64,000 bases of DNA from an uncultured virus (IMG/VR IMGVR_UViG_3300002231_004964) (Duplodnaviria; Heunggongvirae; Uroviricota; Caudoviricetes). The stretch lies in IMG/VR virus record IMGVR_UViG_3300002231_004964; one strand, given 5' to 3'. The position numbers and the translations under genes are program-made. Below the pieces are notes generated by a model. The model was not told the DNA's origin. It did no database searches and saw only the letters and a program-made list of their open reading frames with translations. Positions within the stretch are counted from its first letter, which is position 1. Each line of letters starts with the position of its first letter. Shown in pieces: positions 29,977-41,177 of this stretch.

Positions 29977-31524
29977 TTATTCGTTCAAGTATTGCCTAAT
30001 TAAATCGCGCTTTTCACTTTGCAATCTATCTAGATTATCTAAATTGGATTGAATATTGTATTCTGTATTAGTAATGTTTCTAGCAATCCGTTCTCTTACT
30101 TGAGCCCGAGCAGCGCGAGCGGCTTGATTAACTTGTTGTCTCGTTATTTCTACATCTTGTAGGTCAACTAATTTTGCTCGTGCTTGTTCTAGCCTACGTT
30201 TGCCATCTTGAATACTTTTTATCTAATCGAGGTAACTTAGATTGCAAGGCTTGAATAGCAGAGAAAACCGTTTGTAAATTTTCAATATCTTCGAGGGATA
30301 AGTTTATAGTAGGGACTGCCTTTTGTTGTGAATGTAAAGTTCGGAGATTAGTGCCTCTACTACTATTAGGGTAATACATATTGCTAATATCTCCCTCTGT
30401 GATTGGGTATGACCATCCTAGAGGGATGTCACTAGCAGTTGTGCCTACAAAGTTAATACCAGGTGTAATTAATTCAGTATACACGTCTTTAAGTGTATTG
30501 AGATATTGCATGGCTATATCAGATGCAGGACCTGTAATCGTAGTCAAATTTGATTGACGGTCTGCGATTGAGAATTCAGGCTTTAGACCTCCAAACCATT
30601 CAGTACATAAAGAGGCTAAATCTAAAGGACACTCATCTATGAAAGCACTAATTTGAGAGTTTAAGTCTTGAATCACTTCCTCGACCTCGCTAATAAACGC
30701 CTCCTCACCATCTCCAATATATTCTCCAAACAATTCCGAATTAGAATTACTTGTCATGTTTTGAAGTTGACTAATTATTGTCGGGGCTTGACCATAATAA
30801 TTCCCCGAAAAAGTTGTAAGGAAAAATGAATAAATATCATTGTTGGCATCCTCTTCGATATACCGAAGTGCAGTTTTACTTAGCCACGATTAACCCGACC
30901 GCAATCTCACCAGACCCTAACCGAATCTCTAAAGGGCTAGAAAAAATCTCGGTAATACGATGTGATTGTTCCGTTTCAGCCAAATAGTTAATATATTCAA
31001 TTAAGAAATTGTCAACCGCTCCTCGGCCTATGGAGTCCCATCTCTTTTGTTTATATCCTTGACGAATTTCTTCTAAGGTAGTCAATTGTCCCACAGTAGG
31101 CCATTGGAGAATCATGGACTCTCCACCATACCGAGAAATAGTGTCATTCTGGAAATCCAATGAACCGTCTAAGTCAATTGCACCTTGACCACCAATAAAT
31201 TTCATGACTCCTTGGTCAGTAAGTGTAATCAAATTATCCTTGACATAATGGCAAAAAAGCAACCAAGCAAGTTCTATTTCGGCAGGCGATAAAAGACAAA
31301 GAGACGGTAAATCGAGAAAATTAATATTGGCTAGAGCAATAAAATCATCCGCTGATTGACAATTTAAGACGCTTTCACTAAGGCCTTGACGGTAAGAAGT
31401 ACGGTTGAAATTCCAATCTCTCGACAATCTCTTTGCATTGACCTGTACTAACTATTTGTTGCCAAGTCGTACCAGTATCAAATATCCTCCAAGGATTATC
31501 TTCGGGATTAAAGAATCTCGGCAT
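29977..31524 (-). CDS. Hypothetical protein with C-terminal coiled coil, split by several frameshifts
   Basis: ATG 31524 with TATA near 31547; fragments 30876..31427, 30194..30757 and an open frame ending ...EKRDLIRQYLNE* at 29977. Confidence 0.5.
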
Positions 31525-31555
31525 GTCTTAGAATTAACTCGCTTGATACTTAAAG

Positions 31556-33990
31556 TTAATTAGTGTCATCTTGCTCGGTGGCAGGTAGTTCGATACCAAG
31601 AGCAGTCAACAACGGAGCCCAAGTTGTAGGGTTCGCTTTATACTTACTCATCAAAACGGCTTGTTCACTTGGAGTCAATTTAGTCTTACGAATCGCCTTC
31701 AAAACGCTTTTGTGCCGCCTTCCAGGCTTTCTCTGCATCAGCCAATGCCTTCTTGGCTTGTTGAACTTTCGCTTCTCGATTAACGTCTTGGTTGTAACTC
31801 GCCTTTAATTTTACAATCGTGTCAGTATCCACTTCTAATTGTCTTGCGTCACTGATTTCCGTTGGCATAGTAATGGCTTCGTTTGGAGCAACAGGTGCTT
31901 TCGTCACTTTATCTCTTCCAATCAAACCAATAAGTTTCCTTTCGGCAATAGGGTAAAACATTTCGGCCCAAGTTTTTTGTGGTACAACGTATTGGCCATC
32001 AGCGTTGCGATATCCTCGACCTGCCATGACGCGTTCCAAAGCATTATACTTTCGCACTGAACCGTAACTACGGTCTTCCGACTTAATTTTCCGCGCTTCT
32101 TCATATGAAATTTGTTTCTTATTTCGAATGAATCTTACTTCATCAGGGTTGGTAGCAATTTTAACGCTAGCATACTTTTCATACAGTTGCGTCCAAAGAT
32201 TGTTCAACGCCTCTATTTGTTTCTCGGTATACATTGTCGGGGTGTATCCCCAAGGTGGGCTGTATGAACTTGCACCTTCGGGCTTAATACGCGGTTTTAA
32301 TTGAATTGAGAATGAAGCACTTTCACCGTCTCGCTTTCCACCACGAGGTCCGTATTGTTGCTTAAAATGAACATAACAAAGAGGTTCAGCCTTGGCAATC
32401 TTTTCACTTGTTTCTTTGAGCCACTTATCCGTCTCGGCAATGGTGGTTTGTAAGCCTTCATTGGCCTCTTCCACTCGAGAGGTTTGGTCATCACGCCAAA
32501 TTTTAGCCCAATCTCGATAACACTCTTCGAAAACATCAGAACTGATAGGATTCTCGAACGAGTAAACCGTATCATCGGCTAATGCGAAAAGTCCCATGGT
32601 TTGTGAACGTTGGTTGGTTTGAGAGCCTCTCCAACCTACTAGGTAATTGTCAAAGAAAGACTCATTCCAATTTTTAATACTAACTGGACCTTCCGACAGG
32701 ATTTGTTTCACGGTCGGAAATCCTTCCATGTTTGAATATGTTTCTACGGCGACTTCTGCCCAACGCTCTAACGGCATAACTAAGTTTCTCTGAGGAATAA
32801 ATCCATATTCTTCTTCATTACCTGTTAGGCTAGGCTCGTGCAAAACGACCCATTGGTCAAAGGCCGATAAAGGCTTTTGATATTGTAACTCGTATAATTT
32901 ATTCGACATAATCATTTGGAACAAAACTTCTAATCGGATGCCCATACTTTTCTTTTCCAACCACTGTTCGGCGTGTTCATTAGTTGTGAAATCTTCCCAA
33001 GTTTCGATATACTCAATTTGCTCTGCACCATTTCGTTGATTACGGTTTCTCATTAAGGAGTTATATTGAGCGACAGCATTACACGCTATATTTCCTTTCA
33101 TCTTACTACCGTAACTATCTATGGGAGCGCGTGATGGTGACGTCCAATAAGTATTAATCAAATCGTCAAGCCAAGTCATCATACCGATGATTAATTCATC
33201 ACGGTCACTCGGCAATTTACCGAATTCACTTGGCCAAAAAGTTGGAGGGAATACCCCTAGGCTAGGATTATAATTCCGACTATTAGGTGTCTGAGTAGGA
33301 TTAATAGGATACCATCTATTACTGTATTCGACTTCAACGCCTGCCCTTTCTAAATTCTGCTTTTGATTATAGGAATTTCTTCCTTGAGGCCATTGCATAA
33401 AGGAATTGTTTGGGACGACAGACCAACAAGGTTGATTTCTACCATACCCATAGGAACTGCCAATGCCAATTTGATGATATAAATAGTATTTATTCTGTTT
33501 TCAAATTTTTTAGCCAAGTTCTCCTTTTAGCGTTTCTAAAGGCTGGTCTCGGGACAATATTTCACCCCAATTTAAATTACGCACCGTAGAAGATAGAGTC
33601 ACATTTCCAGATGGATTTGGATTATTCAAAAACAACCAACCGTAAAATCCTTTTAAGGCCGTGGAATCAGGACGAATGACGGTTTGCCCTTTGGCATTCG
33701 CGGCCATTCCTTTGACTGCTAGTAATTCAGTGGAGTAGTCTTTTAGTAGGCGAAATTGTAATTCTATTAATTCCATCACTACTTTATTATAGGCCTTGAT
33801 ATCGGTAGGTCCACGACTTTGAGGGTCGATAGGAAGGAAAACGCAAGGAAACAGAACCCTCTAACTTTGCCAACCGTTGGCGCATCATTTCGCGCTTAAG
33901 CCAGTCTTTATACGCTCGAGTTCGCTTATCTTTCGGCATTGGGTCTGATACAGGCATACTATTGTCTCCTTTGATGTTGCGTGGTGGCAT
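31556..33990 (-). CDS. Large hypothetical protein; core ORF 31686..33398, probably joined to 31556..31738, 33510..33779 and 33787..33990
   Basis: Single promoter GGCTTATAAGGG near 34013; abutting out-of-frame fragments. Confidence 0.5.
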
Positions 33991-34012
33991 GTTCTAGGCT
34001 AGAGGTCTTCCC

Positions 34013-34020
34013 CTTATAAG
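34013..34020 (-). promoter_or_regulatory. TATA box CTTATAAG (class 2)
   Basis: 22 nt upstream of ATG 33990; similar boxes near 16126, 45958, 50949, 57749. Confidence 0.6.
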
Positions 34021-34028
34021 CCTGTCGC

Positions 34029-34436
34029 TCAATTGTCCTCCTCATCATCGTCGTCGGCAGTTTCCATACACTCGCCTTCGACGCATTCCCACCCTATGCC
34101 GTAAAGTGATTCACAACGTTCATCATCCATACAATAATTACACTTCATCTTATAAGCGGCTTCAAATGTTTCCGCAGTACTAATATTAGAACTTTCAGTT
34201 CCTAGATAACCTGCAGTGACACCGAAAATTGGAAATACTAATCCTGCCCATTTCGGTAAATCTCCACGAGTCTGAGTAGGTAAGTTCCACCACAAAACAC
34301 TAAATATACTAGTAAATAAACCTACAGTGGCTAAAACCAAGGTCGTAGAAGCACTTAGAGATTCGGCTAATCTATTTTCCACAGGTTCACTACAAAAGAC
34401 AGATTCAGCGGCTAAATCTAATAATGCTTCTTCCAT
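34029..34436 (-). CDS. Two-TM protein with AE motifs and C-terminal Cys-rich module
   Basis: LAAES, RLAES, TAETFEA; CNYCMDDERCESLYGIGWECVEGEC. Confidence 0.7.
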   Translation of the reverse strand: MEEALLDLAAESVFCSEPVENRLAESLSASTTLVLATVGLFTSIFSVLWWNLPTQTRGDLPKWAGLVFPIFGVTAGYLGTESSNISTAETFEAAYKMKCNYCMDDERCESLYGIGWECVEGECMETADDDDEEDN

Positions 34437-34446
34437 TTTGACTCAC

Positions 34447-35283
34447 CTATTGTGAGCCATATCCGAATCCATAAAGGTGCGCTTCGGCTCCGAAAGAGCG
34501 CCCAGGGCTGTTACCTACACCGCCCGAAACAATAGATTGAGCAGAGAAAAGACCTCCAAGGTCACTTTGGGTAACTGGTGGAGTAACTATTTCTTCTTTG
34601 ATAACCATCGGTCGTGCGGCAGGCATTCCACGAAGTGCCGAAATGATACCACCCATATCAGGTAAGTTTGCTTGAGGGATAGTTCTCTCTTCCATAATTG
34701 GAACGGCTTTATCAGTTGGAGCAATAGTTAATTCAGGTGCACCAGTTTGGTCTGGAGACTCAGGCGAGTAAATCCAAGCGGATTGGTCTTCCATAGTAGA
34801 GCGACCGTAGTTACCTTGCACAACACCGCTAGGTGCGAGCATGTCACCATCGCCAAGTACAACATCAAGAGGAGTGAGTTGAACTCCTGAAATGTCGACA
34901 TCAGCACCACCCATTAGGGCTGAATGTGAAGGTAATGCAGCAAAGTTAGTTGGTAGAACATAAGTATCGACTGGAACTGGACTGTTTCCTAATTCGACGA
35001 TATTTTCAACTTGGTCTTGAAGGGATGTACCTTCGAGAGAAATGTTATTGATACTTGAGTCAAGCAAAGTCATATCAGGCATAGCAGGCGCACCAGGAAG
35101 AACTCCTGAACCGCCAGGGCCGATACCTAGTCCCGCCATACTTGCATTTCGAGCAGAAAGTGTATCACGGGAAGGGTCGAAAGTCAACCCAGATTGCTTT
35201 AAGCCTGCTTGAAGGGCGGATGTGTTAGGCCCTTGCAAGTTACGGAATGATGGAGCCATGGTTGGGTCGAATCTCGTATTCAT
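34447..35283 (-). CDS. Pro/Gly-rich hypothetical protein
   Basis: TATA at 35306-35314; FGAE near C-terminus. Confidence 0.7.
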   Translation of the reverse strand: MNTRFDPTMAPSFRNLQGPNTSALQAGLKQSGLTFDPSRDTLSARNASMAGLGIGPGGSGVLPGAPAMPDMTLLDSSINNISLEGTSLQDQVENIVELGNSPVPVDTYVLPTNFAALPSHSALMGGADVDISGVQLTPLDVVLGDGDMLAPSGVVQGNYGRSTMEDQSAWIYSPESPDQTGAPELTIAPTDKAVPIMEERTIPQANLPDMGGIISALRGMPAARPMVIKEEIVTPPVTQSDLGGLFSAQSIVSGGVGNSPGRSFGAEAHLYGFGYGSQ

Positions 35284-35321
35284 AATATCACCTTTATCTT
35301 CTTGTTATTTAAAGTTACCGT

Positions 35322-35696
35322 CTAAGGAGTCGGATTTCCTCCAATGTTTAAACCAGACTCATCAAAAGACTCACCCAACATTCTAATTACTCCAAAAACA
35401 CCAAATCCAAGGAATCCTAAGCCCAAAATTGTAAAAGGATTCATAGTAGTGTCTTCTGCAGCCTTAACACGACTGTAATTGTAAGAAGGCTTTTTCCACT
35501 CAGCAGATTTTGATTCTTCTGCCATATAGATGGTGGAATTTGTAGGTTCAGGGGTAGGGTTTATCATGGCAATTGTGTCCATAGGCTCACCTGCAATATA
35601 AGTAGGGCTCATAGGACTAGGCAAAGACGATGGAGTTACAGTAGAATTATCAAAAGTAGTAAAGTGAGCAAAATCGGACATGCCTAGATTTACCAT
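35322..35696 (-). CDS. AE-motif protein with near-C-terminal TM
   Basis: YMAEE, KSAE, KAAED then PFTILGLGFLGFGVFGVI; TATA near 35719. Confidence 0.7.
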   Translation of the reverse strand: MVNLGMSDFAHFTTFDNSTVTPSSLPSPMSPTYIAGEPMDTIAMINPTPEPTNSTIYMAEESKSAEWKKPSYNYSRVKAAEDTTMNPFTILGLGFLGFGVFGVIRMLGESFDESGLNIGGNPTP

Positions 35697-35738
35697 ATTT
35701 ATCACTCAACCCTTCCGATACTTAAAGACTTCCTTTCC

Positions 35739-36949
35739 TCAATCATCTCGAAGAAGTGCCAAGACGACGGTGGCGGTGGCTAGAAAACCACCTGTTAAAA
35801 CTAAGCCGAACGTGTAAGGGTTCTTAGTTTTTTCATCCTCTTCCGCTTTCCTTTCTACTACTGGGGCAGACCAAGTTAGAGTAGGTTCATCTAGTTTAGG
35901 AGACATCCAATCGGGTTCGGTGAGGACGGGTGAAGTCACAGGAAGTTTCATCGGGGTGACTTCTGTAGAAAATGTATTGAAACTACTCGTGAATTCCGAG
36001 GCTTTATTTTCCATCACAGGAGTTTCGACGACATCGTAAGCCGTGTGCATTCCAATGTCTTTTTGAGGTCGAACTTCAATGTTTTTACCCTTGTGTTCCG
36101 TTCGTCGGTCACCACGAATCTTACCAATCCATAAGAAACCATCATCTTTCAAGAATTCAGGTGAGTAAAATGATTACATTCACCAGATTGAGCGAAAAGC
36201 GATACCATCTACTAGCCTATCAATCCGCTCTTTATCCGTTCCATAAGATATTTGGTCTTTAATAGCAATCAAGTCACGCGTTTGCATGACGTTGTGAATA
36301 ATGTAAGTACTGGCTTGGGAGAGGGCTTCTTTCGTGATAGCCGCAGGTCGTTGTGTAACCATACAAACACCATAGCCTAAAGCACGACCCAATTTACATA
36401 ATCTAATAATAGGTGCAGTAGCTAGGATTTTCTCTTTTGTAATGGAACGAAATCTTGACACTCTTCGAAAATAGTTAGTAATCCTTTGCCCATTTTGGCT
36501 TGTATTAACGATTCACAATAATCGGCAATCATTTCTTGTTGAGCGTCTAAAGTAAGATTACTAATATCGATAATAAGTGATGAATTAGATTCTTTTAATT
36601 GATTAACTAATTTAGTACAATTAATTGACTCATTTAGTTTCGGAGAAATCTTTTCAATTCCTTCTAATGAGGATAAATGACCGTGAGCGTCGAGCGGGTC
36701 GAAACACACGAATTGAAGACCGAGCCTTTCGAATTCTTCCATCAAAACACCAGCCGTCCACGATTTACCACTTCCACGCATTCCTGTTACGAAGGAAACT
36801 TGATAAATGAATTCTAAAGGAAAGGAAAAATCATCGGCGAGGATAAACTCATCCCTTTGAGCAGTTCGAGGTTCTTCTCGTTGATACTCATCTAACACAT
36901 CGGAANGTTCTCTAGCCTCTCCGACGCCCCAACTTGTGGTTTCATCCAT
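35739..36949 (-). CDS. HerA/FtsK-superfamily ATPase with C-terminal membrane anchor (candidate packaging ATPase); frameshifts near 36445 and 36170-36200
   Basis: Walker A GMRGSGKS, Walker B TIFEECQ, LGRALGYGVCMVTQRP; continuation KIRGDRRTEHKG and TM in 35739..36152; TATA at 36972-36980. Confidence 0.8.
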
Positions 36950-36951
36950 AA

Positions 36952-37398
36952 CTACGGATAGTTGTCCTTACTACTTAAAGTTGACGACCGTTCTCGCCAA
37001 GAAATTCTAAGAGTTACTTGTTTTAAAAATTGAAATTGTCGATGAAACCAAAAATCATTCTTGGCAATAATTTCGTAAAAAGATTTAAACTCCTTACTAG
37101 CAATACTGTATGGCTTTAACTCGTCTAAGAAATCGTGAATTGTGGAATTCATCCAAACCACGATGCCTGTGTCTGACAACCGCAAAATAAACTCTTCATT
37201 AACCATTAAACGACTAAAGAGATTACTGATTTCTCTAGTTTCTACTGCAGGTCGTGAACCAGGAACGTAATTAGGATTAAGATAAATGAAACGCTGAATC
37301 ATTTCTCGATAACTATTAAGATGAATATTCATTAGCCATTCTAGCCATTCTTCGGCTTGCTCGGCTATAAATAATCTCCATACAGGATTTCCCATCAT
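36952..37398 (-). CDS. Hypothetical protein
   Basis: ORF track. Confidence 0.65.
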   Translation of the reverse strand: MMGNPVWRLFIAEQAEEWLEWLMNIHLNSYREMIQRFIYLNPNYVPGSRPAVETREISNLFSRLMVNEEFILRLSDTGIVVWMNSTIHDFLDELKPYSIASKEFKSFYEIIAKNDFWFHRQFQFLKQVTLRISWRERSSTLSSKDNYP

Positions 37399-37405
37399 GA
37401 AACCC

Positions 37406-38476
37406 TCATTCTACTTTATCATTTTCTTCTAATTCTTCAAAGACGAATCCTTCAGAGCGTAATTCTTCAACTTCTTCATCCGATAGATAAACTATGTCAT
37501 CAGATGTTTCTGCTTCTCCCACTGATTCAACCATGAAGTCATCCATATCAATAGAAATATCAGTTAAGGCTACTGGAGTAGTTGTAACATCTGCCCTTTT
37601 TGCTTCGACTCTAGGAGTAGTTGATTCTGTATTCGGTTTGTTAAATCCGCCTGTTCCTGCAGCCAAAACATCGGCAGCATCATTAGCCGACAAACCTGCT
37701 TCGGCAATTAAGTCATCCATACTCATAAACGCTCCTGTTGTAGGAACTAAAGAGTCGTCTAAATTTAAACCTTGACTTAAATCATACTGGTCAGTTTTAA
37801 CGGTTGACTTTCCATTTAATCGGTCGGCTTCGGCTTGAATGTCTTCTAAACTGCCGTAACCCAATGTGGAATCATTACCCATGGTTTGAGGCTTAGCACC
37901 TAAGACGGCTTCCCAATCTATTCCTTGTGTCGGGTCCCAGCCTGCAGGCAAACTAGCCCCTAATGTTTCTTCAATTTCGCGTTGTTGAGCCGAACGTGTA
38001 TCAACAGGTTCGGTTGAGACGGGTTCATCGACCACCTCTTCTCCAAAAGACATCATATCATCCGCAAACAAGTCTGAGAAATCTCCACTAGATTGAGCCG
38101 ACTTAATGGCATCCAGATAAGCACGGTCTTCATCTTCTAATTTCTTTCTTTGACCTGCTAAATAGTCAGTCAGCCCTTGAATAACAGGAGCAACATCGCC
38201 TAAGACGGTAATTAAATCTCCTGCCGTTTGACCTGTTTTGCTTTGAGCGACAGATTTACCGACATTATACTTTTGAGCCATATTGGCGAGTGGAACTAAA
38301 ACCTTTTGAGTTAATTCAGGATTTAGATTCAATGAATCTGCTAATTCATCGATTGACTTTCCTCCCGATAAAAGGTCGATAATATTGTCAGTCGTAGCAT
38401 TACCTGTCGAAGCAGGTTTACTAGGCTCTCGAGGAGTATGATTGCGCTCTACACTATTGCCAAAGTCATTAGACAT
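37406..38476 (-). CDS. Acidic hypothetical protein
   Basis: 356-aa ORF; TATA near 38499. Confidence 0.7.
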   Translation of the reverse strand: MSNDFGNSVERNHTPREPSKPASTGNATTDNIIDLLSGGKSIDELADSLNLNPELTQKVLVPLANMAQKYNVGKSVAQSKTGQTAGDLITVLGDVAPVIQGLTDYLAGQRKKLEDEDRAYLDAIKSAQSSGDFSDLFADDMMSFGEEVVDEPVSTEPVDTRSAQQREIEETLGASLPAGWDPTQGIDWEAVLGAKPQTMGNDSTLGYGSLEDIQAEADRLNGKSTVKTDQYDLSQGLNLDDSLVPTTGAFMSMDDLIAEAGLSANDAADVLAAGTGGFNKPNTESTTPRVEAKRADVTTTPVALTDISIDMDDFMVESVGEAETSDDIVYLSDEEVEELRSEGFVFEELEENDKVE

Positions 38477-38501
38477 AGTATTACATTCCGAGTTATTCTA
38501 C

Positions 38502-38974
38502 TTAAGACTTCCTAATTCCATAAACCGATTCTTCCATGGCGCGAACCCATACATCGACCATAGATTCTCCCTTCTTCCGAATGGAACGAGGTTCTAAGTC
38601 ATTAGATAATTTCTGTAAAGATTGCTTAAGTAGATTTCGGAGGAATTCTTCATCATTGTTGGCATTATAAGCCGCATCTTGTAGGAATGAACCGAACTCG
38701 TAAGTTAATTGCCTAAGTTCCCTTTCACGAGCAGAACTTTTAGATTTAATCATGTCTTGGATAATTTCCGATTCGAAAAATTCAATTAAAACTTCATGGG
38801 GTGCTAATTCAGTTTGCGTTAATTTAGATAACACTTCATTAAGTCTACCAGTCATAGTAGTTCTCAAATCCTCATCAGTGATATTGGCCGCATCTAATAA
38901 AAACTGGTCGAATTGTTGTAGAAAAGTCGTTAATTACGTTCTCGGTCTAGCAAATCACGATATTTACTAATCAT
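38502..38974 (-). CDS. Helical hypothetical protein (5' end frameshifted)
   Basis: ORF 38502..38867 extends upstream; ATG at 38974. Confidence 0.55.
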
Positions 38975-39002
38975 TTCGGTTAAGGCTTCGAAATCGATAG
39001 TA

Positions 39003-39692
39003 TCACCGCCAACCATTGGCGCGATTATACTCGCTAAGGAATTCACTATCCATACCCATTTTTTGCCGCATCATTTTCTGCTTAGCCGTTTCAGCATCGG
39101 CGGCTTTTTTGCGTTGATGCTCAGAACGCTTTACTGTCTCGGCTAATTGACTGACAGTTTCGGCTTGGTTCTCAATAAGTCCCTTTAATTCATCGATTTC
39201 TTTGGATTGCTTGGAAATAACTGCGGCCGTGGGTAAACCCACTACTAAAGCCCCAACGACGAAACCAGGTAAATGTTTTTGTATCGCCCCTTGTGTCGCA
39301 GGAGCGACTAAATCACTAGTCTCTGCCCGAGACATTACTTCATTGTAAACAGTTTCTAAATCCGACGCAAAATCTTCACTGGATTTAGGATTAGTAATCA
39401 TATCGGAAAGAAGCGTTTTCAACTGGTCGGTAGGAACTTGCCCCACATTAACATTTTGTTTAACAGATACAGACTCAGCCGCAAATGCTTTAACAGGCTC
39501 ACCGACAATATGCTCTAGTATTTTGCTAAATCCTCGAACTCCTTTTTGGCGAGCGAATAAGATGTATTTACCAGGCCCAAACGGTTCGACGAGAGCAGAA
39601 AAATCTTGTGGTTCTTCATCCATTTTAATTAGGTCTTTCGTACCTGAACCTTTGACGCCTTTGACGTATCGACGAACAAAGTACTTAATCAT
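39003..39692 (-). CDS. Protein with central TM, coiled coil and AE motifs
   Basis: FAAES, SRAET, LAET, DAET; TATA near 39716. Confidence 0.7.
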   Translation of the reverse strand: MIKYFVRRYVKGVKGSGTKDLIKMDEEPQDFSALVEPFGPGKYILFARQKGVRGFSKILEHIVGEPVKAFAAESVSVKQNVNVGQVPTDQLKTLLSDMITNPKSSEDFASDLETVYNEVMSRAETSDLVAPATQGAIQKHLPGFVVGALVVGLPTAAVISKQSKEIDELKGLIENQAETVSQLAETVKRSEHQRKKAADAETAKQKMMRQKMGMDSEFLSEYNRANGWR

Positions 39693-39802
39693 ACGACCTA
39701 GTTTGGTTGTTCCTGCTACTTAAAGGATTGCTTCGTCAAGATGCTTAAAANNGGCTAATCATTAGGATAGAATAATAGGATATTAGGATGCTATATCCTT
39801 AT

Positions 39803-40222
39803 TTATGACCAAATAGTAGCAATAGCCTCGTAAACGTCATCAAGCGAATCAGGATTCATCCCTTCCATAACTTCTAGAGTTTTGGAAATTTGATTCCATT
39901 TAAGTTTTTTCATTCGTTCGTAAATGCCACGATTTTCGGCTCTCTCTTGAAAACCTTTTTGGACTAAGTAGCGTTGTAGGGCTAACACATCTAGTCTCCA
40001 ACGAATTCCACCTTTACGCTCTTTACTTTGAGCGTGGCGGAACATCGGACGATTTCTTAGAATGCCGACGACTTCACGACTCGTGTAGCGACGAGGTTTT
40101 AAATCAACCATACTATCTGAGATTTGAGTGGAATAACCGTAGCCGTTATTATCCAAAAGATAGTCTACAATATCCAAGACTAGACCTTCGGTCAAAGGAA
40201 GGGCTCGACTTCCGCCTGCCAT
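39803..40222 (-). CDS. Putative winged-helix DNA-binding protein
   Basis: IVDYLLDNNGYGYSTQISDSM...YTSREVVGILRNRPMF...RWRL pattern. Confidence 0.55.
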   Translation of the reverse strand: MAGGSRALPLTEGLVLDIVDYLLDNNGYGYSTQISDSMVDLKPRRYTSREVVGILRNRPMFRHAQSKERKGGIRWRLDVLALQRYLVQKGFQERAENRGIYERMKKLKWNQISKTLEVMEGMNPDSLDDVYEAIATIWS

Positions 40223-40224
40223 AC

Positions 40225-40776
40225 TTACTCACTGTCCTGCAATCGAGCAACTAGGTCTGCCTTTTTACCCGAAACAGGAAGGTCTTTCTCACGGAGAAGT
40301 GACTTAAGGTCGGCGACTGTCATATCGTTGTAATCACGAACCATGGTGTCTTCAATCATCTTGGCTTGCTTTTCGCGATATTCATCTAAGTCGATATCTA
40401 AAGCATCGGCCACCAATAGACCCATTTCCTTTTGATAGGCTTCTTTCGCTTCTGGCTTAGTTAGGCCATCGGCTAAAAGTTCTCGAAGACGAGTCATCTT
40501 GTTATTTTCCATCTCAATCGCGTCTAAAATAGATTGAGTTAACGGGTCAACCTGTACTTCGATATCGGCAGGGTCCATTTCGAAAAGGGATTCGATTTCT
40601 CTTGACAACATATCAGTACTAGGCGCAGTAATTTGAGCGAACTCTTCAACATCATCAACTAAATATTCTCCACCTTGAGGTCCTGTGGAAACCTTTTCTA
40701 CCCATTCATAGGCTTGATTCTTTGTTACGTGCAGTCCAACTCTATCCCAAAATCTTCGTTCTGTCATAGTAATCAT
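40225..40776 (-). CDS. SAP (HeH) domain protein
   Basis: C-terminal MTVADLKSLLREKDLPVSGKKADLVARL. Confidence 0.85.
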   Translation of the reverse strand: MITMTERRFWDRVGLHVTKNQAYEWVEKVSTGPQGGEYLVDDVEEFAQITAPSTDMLSREIESLFEMDPADIEVQVDPLTQSILDAIEMENNKMTRLRELLADGLTKPEAKEAYQKEMGLLVADALDIDLDEYREKQAKMIEDTMVRDYNDMTVADLKSLLREKDLPVSGKKADLVARLQDSE

Positions 40777-40785
40777 TGATGATTA

Positions 40786-41172
40786 CTAAGTATTTAATAC
40801 TTCTACACAAGGGAGCCATGCTTCACTACGATTACCGTTCTTAATTCCGAAAACACGACTCGTTTGTAAGGTAGTTGTTTGGCGAACAGTATCCGAGATT
40901 AAACGTCCTGAGCATTCTAGTCCGAAGTCAACAAACTGATGACGATATCGCATTTGGTCTTCGACTGACATATCGATAGGAGTTAGAATAGACTCGCCTA
41001 AGAAAGTGTTCCAACGCAATTCACCAATCATAACGTGTAAACCTGTTTTAGAAGACGATACACGAATCCAAATATTTTCAATCGGAAAAAGAGTAGTTAG
41101 AAGATGTAAACCAGATTGCACGAGTTCATCTTCAAGGCTAGCATCATCCCAATCAAAAGTTAATCCTGTCAT
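40786..41172 (-). CDS. Small protein with AEP/primpol-like motifs
   Basis: LTFDWDD and SSSKTGLHV. Confidence 0.45.
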   Translation of the reverse strand: MTGLTFDWDDASLEDELVQSGLHLLTTLFPIENIWIRVSSSKTGLHVMIGELRWNTFLGESILTPIDMSVEDQMRYRHQFVDFGLECSGRLISDTVRQTTTLQTSRVFGIKNGNRSEAWLPCVEVLNT

Positions 41173-41177
41173 ATTAA

